The notes under the pieces were generated by a model. The model was not told the DNA's origin. It did no database searches and saw only the letters and a list, made by a program, of their open reading frames with translations. Made by a program: the position numbers and the translations under genes. A stretch of 32,000 nucleotides of DNA, from assembly GCF_008065095.1 (NCBI RefSeq), contig NZ_CP042911.1, positions 1,650,001 to 1,682,000 on the forward strand. Reading direction: 5' to 3'. Below, piece after piece: positions 1 through 8,857 of this stretch. The DNA comes from Gemmata obscuriglobus (GTDB taxonomy: Bacteria > Planctomycetota > Planctomycetia > Gemmatales > Gemmataceae). How positions within the stretch are numbered: the stretch's first letter is position 1; each line of letters begins with the position of its first letter.

Positions 1-3000
1 GCGTGGCATGATACGAGAACCTGCGAGAGCGCCGGTGACGTCGTCATAGGAGAAGTCATAGCCTAAGGTATCGTTCCCAGCGCTGAACCCGAAGCGCTCC
101 CTGCCTTTCGACAGCCAATTCGTCAGGTCAAAGTCCGGACACAGCGCCTTCAACTGCTGGTAGACGAAGTATTCGCCGACGGCCCCGAGGACTGCGAGGT
201 AGTCCTCTGACACGCGCGTCCGGGCGCCTCCTCCACTGCCCGCGCCGGGTCGGCCCCGCTTCGTGGGACGTTGCACTGCGCCGCGGGACACCGAGCGGAT
301 GGCTGCGAGATTGAGAGCGGGGTTGACTGCCGCTTCCAGGTTCTGTGCGACCGTCCCGGCCGGCCCCTTGGCGGCGGAGGTTTCGAAGTCCTCGCGCGTC
401 CAGCCGGCGCTGAGGACGTTGAAGGTGGGTTTCGGCGGTGCCGGGGCGGGCGGTGCCGGGATGTCTCCCAGCTCCTCAAATTTCTTCCAGAGTGATCGCC
501 AGTCCTCGACTTCCCGGAATGCAGACCGCTCCTTCATTCGTGCGGCCGTGCGCGGGGCCGCGGCCTCGAGGGCGTCCCGAACGGCGGCGATGACGGCCAC
601 GCGGTTCCCCCAGAAGCCCTGGCTCAGCAGCGTCACCAGTGCGTGCCCCGTGATTGCCGCGGGGTCGATCGTTTCTTCGAACTTCGGCGCGAGCTCGCCC
701 GCCACCTTGAGGACGATGTTCACCGCGTCTCCCGCCTGCTGCGCTCGAACGATCTCGTCGTCCCGCTCGTAGATGCCCGCTGACTTGTCCGGTTCATCCT
801 TCAGCTTGAGAGCGGAGAGTTCCGACGGTGGCGACTCGGAGAGCTTGCGCAGCGGATCGACGAGCTGCGCGGCACCCGCGACGGTGGGGCGGGGCGCGGC
901 GAGCGCGAGGGCATCACGGGCGACGCGGCCGACAATCGCTTCGGGGTTGAGGGTCTCCTCGGCGACCTCCGTAGGCACCGCGAGCCGACGAACGTCTCCC
1001 ACCCAGCCCGCCACGTCGTCCGCGAGTGCTGCGGGCACTGTCGGGCCGGAAGATCGCGGGACGACGAGGTAGGCGAACCAGGCCATCAAGTGACCCGCGA
1101 CGGCATCGCGGGCGGATGTGTAGTGGCGCTCGGAGGGGGCGAAGCGCCACCGCGGCTCGCCGAGCTTCGTGCGAGCGCTCTGCCAGACCGCGACCGAGAG
1201 CCCCAGACCCTTCAGGAGCGACAGCGATCCTTGCGGTTCGTCCACGCGTGATGCCGTTTCCAGGCGCACGTGCAAGTCGGGCCAAGCGAGCCACGCGCTG
1301 GCGGTCTCGGGCGAGCGGGCATGCTGGGACCACTCCCGCCGGAAGTCGTCGAGCGTTCCGTCCGGGTGATCGCGGTCCCAGAGCGCGAGGCAGATCGGTT
1401 GGAAGTGCCGCAGACGGCGCTCGAAGCCCAGGCCGATGGCGACTTTCACCTCCATGCGCTCGGTCGCAGTGGTCCCATAGTCCTGGAAGAATTGGTCACA
1501 GGCACCCGCGCGGAGTTCCTGTGCGTAGGCGGTCCAGAGAGGGCGATACGACGTTCCGAGCAACTGCCAAGTCTCGCTGACGACCTCGTGCGGTGCCAGC
1601 GTGGAATCCACGAGGAGGGCGGGGCCGCCGGCACGCTGCGCATCGAAGCAGGCGCGTTCGGACATCGTGCCCTCGAACCTGCCGCGGATGAGGCTCGTCC
1701 GCGAGAACAGACGCCAGGCGGCGCGGAACGCCTCGTCGGTCGGTAAGGTCGCCTGGGTCGCGCCCTTGAGAATCAGCAGCGCGAGATCCTCCGCCACCAG
1801 CCGCTCCGGAACGGTATCTCGCAGGTAGTCGACGAGGGGAACGCCATGCGCGAGCGGGTTGAAGGGCACGTCGATCGGAAGCTCGCTGACACGGGCCACC
1901 CGCGTTGACCCCAAGAGCGTGCGCAGGGCGTTCACGAGTTCGCGATACGTGTGCTGGAAGCGCCTCGGGAGAACCCACGCCTCCCGGAAACCCGCGACGT
2001 GGCGGCGCCGGATCGAGTCGTCGTCGATCAGCACCCGATCCGTCTCGTTGAGCTTCGCGGAGGTGAGTTCGTCACCCCGGAGGAGCGGCACCGGTGCGCC
2101 GAGCAACGCCTTCACCGCACCGGCCTGCTCGGTGCCCTTGAGCCGTCTGTCGATCGCTTCGTACAGGTCGGAGGCGAGCGCCTCGATGTGCCGCCGCTCG
2201 TCGCTGCCGGCCTTCGGGATGTGCTCCGCGACCTCATGCAGTGCCATGGCCAGCCGCGCGATCGAGGCCTCTTCAAGTGAGACAATCCCGAGCGCCCGCA
2301 GCAGCCCTCGCGCGTCGCCGAACTCGGGCTTCACGCACGTCAGAAACGCGAAACGCTCCGCCTTCGCGTCCCGCGACTCGAGCGGGAGAAACCATGCGCG
2401 CTGCGGGGAGCGGAGGCCGGAACCCGTCGGGATGGTGTCCCACTTCTCGGCGCAGAGCGCGTGTACCCAGAGCGCTGGGACGTCCGAGCTGTCCTCACCG
2501 CTGTGACGCGACAACTTCGCGCCGGCGCTGCTCGCGTAGAGACCCGGCTTCCGGAGCATCGCCTCGACGACCAGCGGCCGAACGGCGTCGTCCTCGAGCC
2601 CGTCGATCCACGCAACCTCATTGAGGTAGAAGGTCTGGCCCGTTTTCGTCTGTGACATTCGCTGGCAGACCGTGCGGAGGTACTGCTTCCACAGCGCATC
2701 GGGGCACGACAGCGGGCGGTCCAACCATAGGTACGGGGTGAGGTAGTTGTAGCTCTTCGCCTCTGCGATGAGCATGGGCTTCGTGGTCCTGCGGATGCGC
2801 GGGCAGTCGGCAACGCCGATGTCCTTCATGCGGTCGAGCCACCACCTTCGATCCGCATCCTTGAAACGCTGGCCGACGCGCTTCTCGAAGCGATCCCACG
2901 GGATGAGCAACGTGTTCGAACGGCTGCCGTAGGCGCGGGCGAGCAGGGCGATGTTCGGGTCGTGCGACCACCCCTTGCCGAAGTAGGCGTTCGTCGGCTC

Positions 3001-5340
3001 CGTCCACGCCCAAGCGTCCCCGGTACCGCTGACCGGAACGAGGAGGCTGTCCGTCGTGACGCGCTGTCGCAACTTCTGCGACATCGTGGCCAGCCAGATG
3101 AGCGCTTGACGCAGCAGAGCCAGCATCCGGTCGTGATCGCCCCGCGCTTCGTGTAGAGCGGGAATCAGGGCGTCGTTGATCAGGATGTCCTGCCGCGGCT
3201 GGCGGACGAGTCCACGGCCGCTGTCCGGGGCCAGCCGCTGAGCGAGTGGGGTGTAGTCTCGTGTCGCCCCGACCCGTATCGTGACCGCGGAGTCGTCGAA
3301 GAATCTGAGCATGGCGGCCACGCCGTCTTCGATTGTCGCAAGCTCGTCGCCAGCGTCTTCGACCGCCTGCGTCTTCTCGGTCGCTCCGGCGGCGCGCGCC
3401 GGACGCACTGGAGGAAAGAACACACGCGCCTTCGCGCTCGACAGGTCTGTCTTGCCGGTGGGAAGGATGACTTGCTCCGCGAGCGCGTCCTGCTGTGTGC
3501 CGAAGCGGTCGAGGACGAAGGTGAAGAACGGTTCCCAGAACGCCGGGCCGTCTTGACGATGCACGCTCGCAGCGTGCTCGAGCAATGAGCGGTGCTCGAC
3601 GCTCTTCTTGAGGTAGGAGCTGTCCGGCACCTCGCTCTGAGGGTTCAGGACGTCGAGCACCTTGCGCGCGTGCTCGAGAAGGATCGGATCGGGTAGCCGA
3701 AAGCCGAACGACTCCACGTTCTTGATTCCGGTGGTCAGTTGCCGGAAGAGTGCGAGGTCTGCCGCCTTGGGTAAGCGCAAGTCGCTGGCCTTGAGGAAGG
3801 CATCCGTGTTGGCGAGTACGACCTCGCCACGTGCGAACCCGTCGGGGGCGTAGAACGCGTCCGCCAGGGCGCCGCGCGTCCGTTCCATCGCCAGTGTCAC
3901 GAGGCGCCGGGTCGTCCGCTCCGGCTCGCGCTTGAACCGTTCCAGCAGCTCGCCCGCCAACTCCACGGCGGCATCGAAGAGCAGATCGTTGTACCGGCTG
4001 TCGAAGTCGATCGCCGTGCGGTCAATCTTCCCGTGAAAGTGCGAGCTCACCCACAGCGGGAGGCCGGTGCTCACTCGCGTCGGGAGCCCGATGCAGAAGA
4101 GGCCCGACGGGCCGAGCGTCGCAGCGGCTTGCTTCTCCGCTAACACGGGTTGGGGGAGCGCCACCGCGACGGGAATTTTCTCGATTCGCTGCCAGTTCTC
4201 TTCCGGAAGCCGCAACGCCTCAATCGCTTCTCGGATCGCGTCCCGCTCGTTGGCTGCGTCTTTGTCGTCACCCTCGCCCAGGAACCGCTCGGCGACCCAC
4301 CAGTCCTGCCCCGGCCCCGGTGGCTCAGCGCTCGCCAGCGAAAGGGCACTACGCAAGCGCGTGGTGCGCAGACGACGGAGCGTAACGCCCGGCGAGAGTT
4401 CTTCCAGTGGGGCAGTCTCCTCCTTCTTCAGCTCCACGCGACAGTCCCGGACGTGGTCCACGATCGTAATCGTGGCGATACCCGGCAGGAACAAAAAGGC
4501 CGTGCCGGTTGGACCACCACCCGCGGCGTGTTTCCCATCCTGCATCTCGTCGATGGCGCTCTCGACATCCGCGTGACGCGTTCCGTCGAGGGGCAGCACG
4601 ACGAGCGTCTGGGTCGTGCGCAGGACGTCCTCGGTGAGGTTGAGTGCCTTGACGCGGTGGTGGAAATGGCCGTCGCTACAGGGAAGCGGGAACGTGAATC
4701 CCGCCGCCCGGCGCGCTTCACGAAGGACCACCTCGGTGGCCGCTGCTGTGGAACCGTTCGGTTCGATCTTGCGAAGGCGCCCCGGCTGCTCCAGGAGCAA
4801 TTCGTCCGCGATGTCGCGCATGTCCGCCAAGAACGTCTCGTCCTCGAACGGCTTGCGCACGATCCGGAAGGCGGTTGGGCAGCCGTCCCACAGGCTCCCG
4901 CCCGGCGCGGCACTGTAGATCTCGGCCGAGTCGGCGACCTGGAAGACGGCCTTGAAACCGATCCCCTTGTTGCCGAGGCACTTATCCGCCTGCTTGTCGC
5001 TCTTGAAGATCGAGGTGATGGCGTCCACCTTCGCTTCGTCGAACGGCTGGCCGCTGTTGCCGATCGCCAGCAGGCGCTCGGTCCAGTGGATCGTGACGGC
5101 CGTGTCCTTCAGGCCCTGCCGAACGGCTTGGTCATTCGCGTTCTGGAGAAGCTCGATCAAAAACCGTCCGTGGTACTCGGCGCTGATGTGCTCCGCGGCG
5201 TTCGCGATCTGGACGTAGTAGGTGTCCTTGTTGGCGATCCCGGAGATGAGGGTGTCGAGTCGACGGTACCAGAGGTCGCGCAGCAGGGACGGCGAACCCG
5301 TGGGAACTGCTGCATTCGCGGGAATCGCCGTGGTCGCCAT
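1..5340 (-). CDS. Giant sacsin/MORC-like GHKL ATPase with C-terminal DUF3883 (NO VEIN-C, restriction-endonuclease-like) domain; 3' end runs off the window (1,780 codons visible)
   Basis: Absent from the ORF track because no stop codon lies inside the window. Hand translation of the minus strand from ATG 5340-5338 gives MATTAIPANAAVPTGSPSLLRDLWYRRLDTLISGIANKDTYYVQIANAAEHISAEYHGRFLIELLQNANDQAVRQGLKDTAVTIHWTERLLAIGNSGQPFDEAKVDAITSIFKSDKQADKCLGNKGIGFKAVFQVADSAE. This contains a GHKL N-box (ELLQNANDQ), a G1-like motif (IGNSGQPF) and a G2 motif (GNKGIGFKAVF). Codons at the left edge read ...AVLGAVGEYFVYQQLKALCPDFDLTNWLSKGRERFGFSAGNDTLGYDFSYDDV, matching the GE..V / W / GYD core of DUF3883. None of the listed minus-strand ORFs in 1-5340 is in this frame (first codon base = 0 mod 3), consistent with one uninterrupted frame. 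Confidence 0.8.
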   Translation of the reverse strand, partial: MATTAIPANAAVPTGSPSLLRDLWYRRLDTLISGIANKDTYYVQIANAAEHISAEYHGRFLIELLQNANDQAVRQGLKDTAVTIHWTERLLAIGNSGQPFDEAKVDAITSIFKSDKQADKCLGNKGIGFKAVFQVADSAEIYSAAPGGSLWDGCPTAFRIVRKPFEDETFLADMRDIADELLLEQPGRLRKIEPNGSTAAATEVVLREARRAAGFTFPLPCSDGHFHHRVKALNLTEDVLRTTQTLVVLPLDGTRHADVESAIDEMQDGKHAAGGGPTGTAFLFLPGIATITIVDHVRDCRVELKKEETAPLEELSPGVTLRRLRTTRLRSALSLASAEPPGPGQDWWVAERFLGEGDDKDAANERDAIREAIEALRLPEENWQRIEKIPVAVALPQPVLAEKQAAATLGPSGLFCIGLPTRVSTGLPLWVSSHFHGKIDRTAIDFDSRYNDLLFDAAVELAGELLERFKREPERTTRRLVTLAMERTRGALADAFYAPDGFARGEVVLANTDAFLKASDLRLPKAADLALFRQLTTGIKNVESFGFRLPDPILLEHARKVLDVLNPQSEVPDSSYLKKSVEHRSLLEHAASVHRQDGPAFWEPFFTFVLDRFGTQQDALAEQVILPTGKTDLSSAKARVFFPPVRPARAAGATEKTQAVEDAGDELATIEDGVAAMLRFFDDSAVTIRVGATRDYTPLAQRLAPDSGRGLVRQPRQDILINDALIPALHEARGDHDRMLALLRQALIWLATMSQKLRQRVTTDSLLVPVSGTGDAWAWTEPTNAYFGKGWSHDPNIALLARAYGSRSNTLLIPWDRFEKRVGQRFKDADRRWWLDRMKDIGVADCPRIRRTTKPMLIAEAKSYNYLTPYLWLDRPLSCPDALWKQYLRTVCQRMSQTKTGQTFYLNEVAWIDGLEDDAVRPLVVEAMLRKPGLYASSAGAKLSRHSGEDSSDVPALWVHALCAEKWDTIPTGSGLRSPQRAWFLPLESRDAKAERFAFLTCVKPEFGDARGLLRALGIVSLEEASIARLAMALHEVAEHIPKAGSDERRHIEALASDLYEAIDRRLKGTEQAGAVKALLGAPVPLLRGDELTSAKLNETDRVLIDDDSIRRRHVAGFREAWVLPRRFQHTYRELVNALRTLLGSTRVARVSELPIDVPFNPLAHGVPLVDYLRDTVPERLVAEDLALLILKGATQATLPTDEAFRAAWRLFSRTSLIRGRFEGTMSERACFDAQRAGGPALLVDSTLAPHEVVSETWQLLGTSYRPLWTAYAQELRAGACDQFFQDYGTTATERMEVKVAIGLGFERRLRHFQPICLALWDRDHPDGTLDDFRREWSQHARSPETASAWLAWPDLHVRLETASRVDEPQGSLSLLKGLGLSVAVWQSARTKLGEPRWRFAPSERHYTSARDAVAGHLMAWFAYLVVPRSSGPTVPAALADDVAGWVGDVRRLAVPTEVAEETLNPEAIVGRVARDALALAAPRPTVAGAAQLVDPLRKLSESPPSELSALKLKDEPDKSAGIYERDDEIVRAQQAGDAVNIVLKVAGELAPKFEETIDPAAITGHALVTLLSQGFWGNRVAVIAAVRDALEAAAPRTAARMKERSAFREVEDWRSLWKKFEELGDIPAPPAPAPPKPTFNVLSAGWTREDFETSAAKGPAGTVAQNLEAAVNPALNLAAIRSVSRGAVQRPTKRGRPGAGSGGGARTRVSEDYLAVLGAVGEYFVYQQLKALCPDFDLTNWLSKGRERFGFSAGNDTLGYDFSYDDVTGALAGSRIMPR

Positions 5341-5812
5341 GGGCTCTGGTCTCGTCGGGGACAGCGGATCGGGCAACGGGTGGGTCAGGCCCGGCACTCC
5401 GCCACATAGTGAATGGTCGTTCCCAAATCCTACTGCAAATGTGACGCGCGGGGTGGCCTTCACCGAAGACTTTGGGAACCGACTACACGAATCGGACCAA
5501 ACCAGAGGGAGCACCGCCGAACCCGAAGAAGCAGACGTTGCGCGCTGCGGTCCGACACACCGAAGTGGCTTCACTACTTGTTCAGGTGTTCCGGCCGTAA
5601 CGTGCTATGACGCTCTTCCCCTAAATTGCTGGGAGTATTGGTGTCGATGGCACCACAAGAACGGGCGATGTCGTCACCAGGCGAGCGACATCTCGCCCGG
5701 TCAGTTGTCCGAACTCGACTCAGTCATCCCTCTAGCTAAATTCTTGGTTTCCCCGGTGAAATTCGGTCCCTATGCACGCATAGGGAAGAAGTGTGAAGGC
5801 CCAAACAAGGAA

Positions 5813-5841
5813 GCGAAGGGGCATCCTGGATGCCCCTTCGC
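5813..5841 (-). terminator. GC-rich hairpin downstream of the 5924-6616 gene (candidate intrinsic terminator)
   Basis: gcgaaggggcatcc (5813-5826) is the exact reverse complement of ggatgccccttcgc (5828-5841). It lies about 80 nt past the minus-strand stop at 5924. On the minus strand the following sequence is cttccttgttt, only moderately T-rich. Confidence 0.35.
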
Positions 5842-5923
5842 GGCACTGCAAGCAGGCACAAATAGACCCCGCAGGGGCACAGGGCGGGGAGCGAACGAAG
5901 GAAGCGAGCGTGGCGGCGCGGTC

Positions 5924-6616
5924 TCAGCCCGGACCGCCGGGGCGCTTGGCGGACGCGGTCAGGCGCGCGACCACCTCCTGCCAGGGCGTGTCGCCGGCCG
6001 GCGCCGGCCGCTCCGTTGCGGCCGCCCGCCACACCGCGATGCGGGCCTTGGGGACGGCCACCTTCACCTCGGCGAGTCCGCCGTCGCGCCACCCGCGGAT
6101 GAGGGCGTCGATCTGCTCCCGCGGTTCGGCGCTCGAGTCCGGGTCGAGCAGCACCCGGTCCCAGCTCACCCCGCGTGTGCCGGCGAGCACCTGGGCCTGG
6201 AGCGCGGCCGCGGACTGGACGTAGTCGAGCAGGGACCCGGCCCACCCGTCCCGCTTCGCTTCCCGGTACAGCTTGCTGGTTCGCACGAACCGCGATACAT
6301 AGGCTTCCGCCTGCGCATCCGCCTCGCGCCGCCGGCCGGCGTCGGGGTCGGGGATGCTCGGGGCGAGGGCGAGCGCCGCTTGGCGTAACCGGCCCGGGCT
6401 CGGCCAGAACCCGGTCGTGTTGGTGTCCCGCACCCTCCCGAAGGCCCGCTCCAGGGTGGTACGGTCGAACTGCTGGAGGGTCTCGATGTATTCGCGGGCG
6501 ATCAGCTCCCAGGCGCGCTCGCGGTCGATGTCGGGATCGGTAAACGGGCGCTCGCCGGGCGAGCCGATGGCGGGCAGCCGGGCCAGGATCACGTCGCGCA
6601 CATCGCGGGCGGTCAT
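5924..6616 (-). CDS. Hypothetical protein (230 aa)
   Basis: Track ORF 5924..6706. I place the start at the internal ATG 6616-6614 (MTARDVRDVILARLPAIGSPGERPF...). Protein-like composition and co-oriented with the parDE block. No family recognised. Confidence 0.55.
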   Translation of the reverse strand: MTARDVRDVILARLPAIGSPGERPFTDPDIDRERAWELIAREYIETLQQFDRTTLERAFGRVRDTNTTGFWPSPGRLRQAALALAPSIPDPDAGRRREADAQAEAYVSRFVRTSKLYREAKRDGWAGSLLDYVQSAAALQAQVLAGTRGVSWDRVLLDPDSSAEPREQIDALIRGWRDGGLAEVKVAVPKARIAVWRAAATERPAPAGDTPWQEVVARLTASAKRPGGPG

Positions 6617-6765
6617 GAGAGGAACGGGCGAGGAGTGAGGTGTGACACGAAGCCTCCGGGCGGTGAGTGGCTCGCTTGTTCTAGCGCGACCGGAAATGCT
6701 TGTCAAACAGAGCCATCCCGCTCCGCCGCTGTATCAGTCGGTCAACTGACTGTGACCGCACCCGG

Positions 6766-6791
6766 GGCGCGCGGCCTTTCGGCCGCGCGCC
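6766..6791 (-). terminator. Perfect 11-bp GC hairpin with tttc loop downstream of parE (candidate terminator, no U-tract)
   Basis: ggcgcgcggcc (6766-6776), loop tttc, ggccgcgcgcc (6781-6791). Located about 135 nt after the parE stop at 6925. Confidence 0.3.
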
Positions 6792-6924
6792 TCAACGACC
6801 CAGTTGGCAGAACGGTCCCGGCCCGGGGCCGGCTGTGGATAACGCTCCCTCGCTTCAGCGCATGCTCGGAGTGCGCGCGCGCTCGCGTTACCCACAGCGC
6901 GCAAGAGAAGGATCCGGGCGTGCA

Positions 6925-7251
6925 TCAGTGCGGGTCGGAGTGAAACAGATCTTCGATGTCGCGAGCGGTGTCGAGGACGCGGATGAGTTGAACGCCGTCG
7001 ACGGTCGGACGGTAGAGCATCACCAGGCGCGTAAACCCGGTGATGTGCCAGCGGCGGACGCCGGCCTCGGTGCCGACCGGCAGGTCGAGCACCGCACCCA
7101 TGCGCGGGTGTTCGCAGAGAGCCCGGAGCGCGGCCTCGGTGCCCTCGACGAAGCGCAGCGCTGTCGCAAGCCCCGCCTCGGCCCAGTAATACTCGGCCAG
7201 TTCGATCAGATCGGTCCGCGCCTGCGGGGTGCGGGTGACCCGATCAGTCAC
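6925..7251 (-). CDS. parE: ParE/RelE-family type II toxin
   Basis: The C-terminal part of track ORF 6925..7422 reads VTDRVTRTPQARTDLIELAEYYWAEAGLATALRFVEGTEAALRALCEHPRMGAVLDLPVGTEAGVRRWHITGFTRLVMLYRPTVDGVQLIRVLDTARDIEDLF, a ParE-like pattern. The GTG at 7251-7249 overlaps the parD stop (cGTGACTGA), the classic TA overlap. Confidence 0.85.
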   Translation of the reverse strand: MTDRVTRTPQARTDLIELAEYYWAEAGLATALRFVEGTEAALRALCEHPRMGAVLDLPVGTEAGVRRWHITGFTRLVMLYRPTVDGVQLIRVLDTARDIEDLFHSDPH

Positions 7252-7516
7252 GCGCCGAACCGTCGCCGCGCGCCTGGAGGTCGTCTCGCAGGTCCGACCA
7301 GAACGACGCCTCGAACGGCTCGGCGGGGCCGCTGTCGAGCCCCCGGCGGATCTCGCCGCGCAGCCACTCCAAGCAGGCCTCGCGCGCCTGCTCTCGCTCC
7401 TCGAGCAGGCGCAGGGCGGCACGCACCACTTCGCTCGCCGACTGGAACCGGCCGTCGCGCACCGTTTGCTGGACGAACGCCTCGAGGTGTGGGGGCAGGG
7501 ACACGTTTAAAGACAT
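7244..7516 (-). CDS. parD: ParD-family (RHH) type II antitoxin
   Basis: MSLNVSLPPHLEAFVQQTVRDGRFQSASEVVRAALRLLEEREQAREACLEWLRGEI... from ATG 7516-7514. This matches the ParD/CC2985-type antidote pattern (SLP..l..fv...v..GrY.saSEvvR.aLRLLee). It sits directly upstream of and overlaps parE. Confidence 0.85.
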   Translation of the reverse strand: MSLNVSLPPHLEAFVQQTVRDGRFQSASEVVRAALRLLEEREQAREACLEWLRGEIRRGLDSGPAEPFEASFWSDLRDDLQARGDGSARD

Positions 7517-7544
7517 GGGCCGACCGTAGCGCAAATCGCCCACA

Positions 7545-7561
7545 ATGTCAAACATTGACAT
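7545..7561. promoter_or_regulatory. 7-3-7 perfect inverted repeat, candidate ParD operator overlapping a TTGACA box
   Basis: atgtcaa-aca-ttgacat at 7545-7561, 29-45 nt upstream of the parD ATG. On the minus strand TTGACA (7552-7547) is followed 18 nt later by TACGGT (7528-7523). Confidence 0.4.
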
Positions 7562-7904
7562 CGCCTAAAGACGGTGGCGTGCCGGCCGCCCGCTCCAGAA
7601 TGGCCGCGGCCCAGGGCTCCCGCTCGAGCGCGGCGGCCTCCTGGACGACCGCGCGGAGCACGTCCATGGCCTCGGCGTTCATGTAGGCGTTCGGGGTCTG
7701 CCCCAGAAGCTGAAGGACTTCCACGATACCGTAGAGCTGCATCCCCAGGCGGAGGAGCTCGACCCGGTCGAGCTCGTTGCCCGCGCCGTTCGGGCCTTCC
7801 AGCGTCGGGTCCGCGTCGAGCGCGCGGTGCAGCACTCGCACCCGGAGCCCGAGCCGGATGGCCTCGGGGATGAGCCGGTGGTGGGGGACGTGCGTGGCGG
7901 TCAT
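7548..7904 (-). CDS. Hypothetical protein (118 aa), immediately upstream of parDE
   Basis: Track ORF. ATG at 7904 is preceded by aaaggaatcagcc (AAGGA Shine-Dalgarno). Helical-looking sequence MTATHVPHHRLIPEAIRLGLRVRVLHRALDADPTLEG... No family recognised. Confidence 0.55.
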   Translation of the reverse strand: MTATHVPHHRLIPEAIRLGLRVRVLHRALDADPTLEGPNGAGNELDRVELLRLGMQLYGIVEVLQLLGQTPNAYMNAEAMDVLRAVVQEAAALEREPWAAAILERAAGTPPSLGDVNV

Positions 7905-8166
7905 GGCTGATTCCTTTCATGGTTCTGAAGTGTATGGCACAACGCCATACCTTCTGCCCATCGGCGAGATTCAGGGGTGGGAGCGGAACACCCCCGCAGC
8001 GCCGGGAATCTTGGAGCGCAGCGCCCGCGAGGAGGCCGACGGCCGGGGACGATTGCCGGCGCGCAGCCGCCGGGCCGAAGGCGGGGTTGGAGCGGAGAGG
8101 GGACGGAAGTCCCCTGAGACGGTGACCGGGACCGGAGCGGGCGGGCCCGCTCCGATCGGTTGCGGG

Positions 8167-8370
8167 TTACTCCTTGGTCGGGGGGACGAGGACGATCCGC
8201 CCGTCGAGCGGGACCGCTTCCAGCTGGACCACGAGGCCCTTGCCGCTCCTGTTGGTCCAGGCCACCCCAACGCGGTTCCAGTAGCTCTTGCCGTCGCCGG
8301 CGTCACGGACGGTGTGTGCGATGTAAGTGGGGGCCTTCTTCGGGTGATCGATGTGGGTGGTGTCGGACAT
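8167..8370 (-). CDS. Small hypothetical protein (67 aa)
   Basis: Internal ATG 8370-8368 of track ORF 8167..8457 is preceded by a strong RBS (acaAGGAGAAGGttt-ATG). Product is MSDTTHIDHPKKAPTYIAHTVRDAGDGKSYWNRVGVAWTNRSGKGLVVQLEAVPLDGRIVLVPPTKE. It resembles small conserved proteins I recall from plasmids and ICEs, but I cannot name the family. Confidence 0.65.
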   Translation of the reverse strand: MSDTTHIDHPKKAPTYIAHTVRDAGDGKSYWNRVGVAWTNRSGKGLVVQLEAVPLDGRIVLVPPTKE

Positions 8371-8462
8371 AAACCTTCTCCTTGTTCGTGTGGCGGTCCC
8401 GGACCATCCGGGGCCTGACGGCACCCCTTCGGAACAGGTCCGCCGGGAGTCTCTCACGTCCG

Positions 8463-8515
8463 CTCAAGGGGAAAATTGGGGGCGACCTTCAGGGGGAGCC
8501 GATTTTCCCCTTGAG
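8463..8515. repeat. 14-bp perfect inverted repeat with 25-nt spacer in a 487-bp non-coding gap
   Basis: ctcaaggggaaaat (8463-8476) and attttccccttgag (8502-8515) are exact reverse complements. The spacer is tgggggcgaccttcagggggagccg. Confidence 0.7.
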
Positions 8516-8857
8516 GGGCCCGCCGGAGCCGGTTCATGGTGCCCGTCTGAAGGCCCCGTGGTGCGAGTCCGCTACGAAGTGGAGGGGGAGTCATCCGCAG
8601 CACCCGAGACGAGACGATGGGAGTCGCCGAATGTGCTACAAGGCTCCGAAGGAATGAGGTTGTGCGCCAGAACGGCTCATGCGTGTGTGCTGCCAGGGAC
8701 AGAGCGCGCCGGCCCGATGTCGCGTGTGCGCTATTAACGGACCGATCCAGCACCCGTGCAAATGTGCCCTGCGGGCTCCTGGGACCGGATCTCGGCGCTT
8801 GCGGGTATACTCACCCATCGCGCGCTGGGTGACCGGGGGCGCGTAACGAAAGCGAGA

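Noticed and set aside
4150-6388. Long plus-strand ORFs 4150..5409 (419 aa) and 5222..6388 (388 aa) as real genes
   Set aside because: They run antisense to or across the GHKL-ATPase gene and the 5924-6616 gene. They have Arg/Gly/Pro-rich low-complexity translations, no RBS and no recognisable motifs. They are typical high-GC shadow ORFs. The same applies to 263..772, 1026..1580, 1859..2506 and other ORFs in 1-5340.
6700-7686. Plus-strand 328-aa ORF overlapping the parDE locus. Similar cases are 13450..14208 (+), 15312..16607 (+), 15061..16007 (-) and 11198..12413 (-)
   Set aside because: All are off-frame or antisense to genes with clear family signatures (ParDE, IS110 transposase, relaxase). 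They translate to Arg/Pro/Gly/Ala-rich low-complexity sequence.
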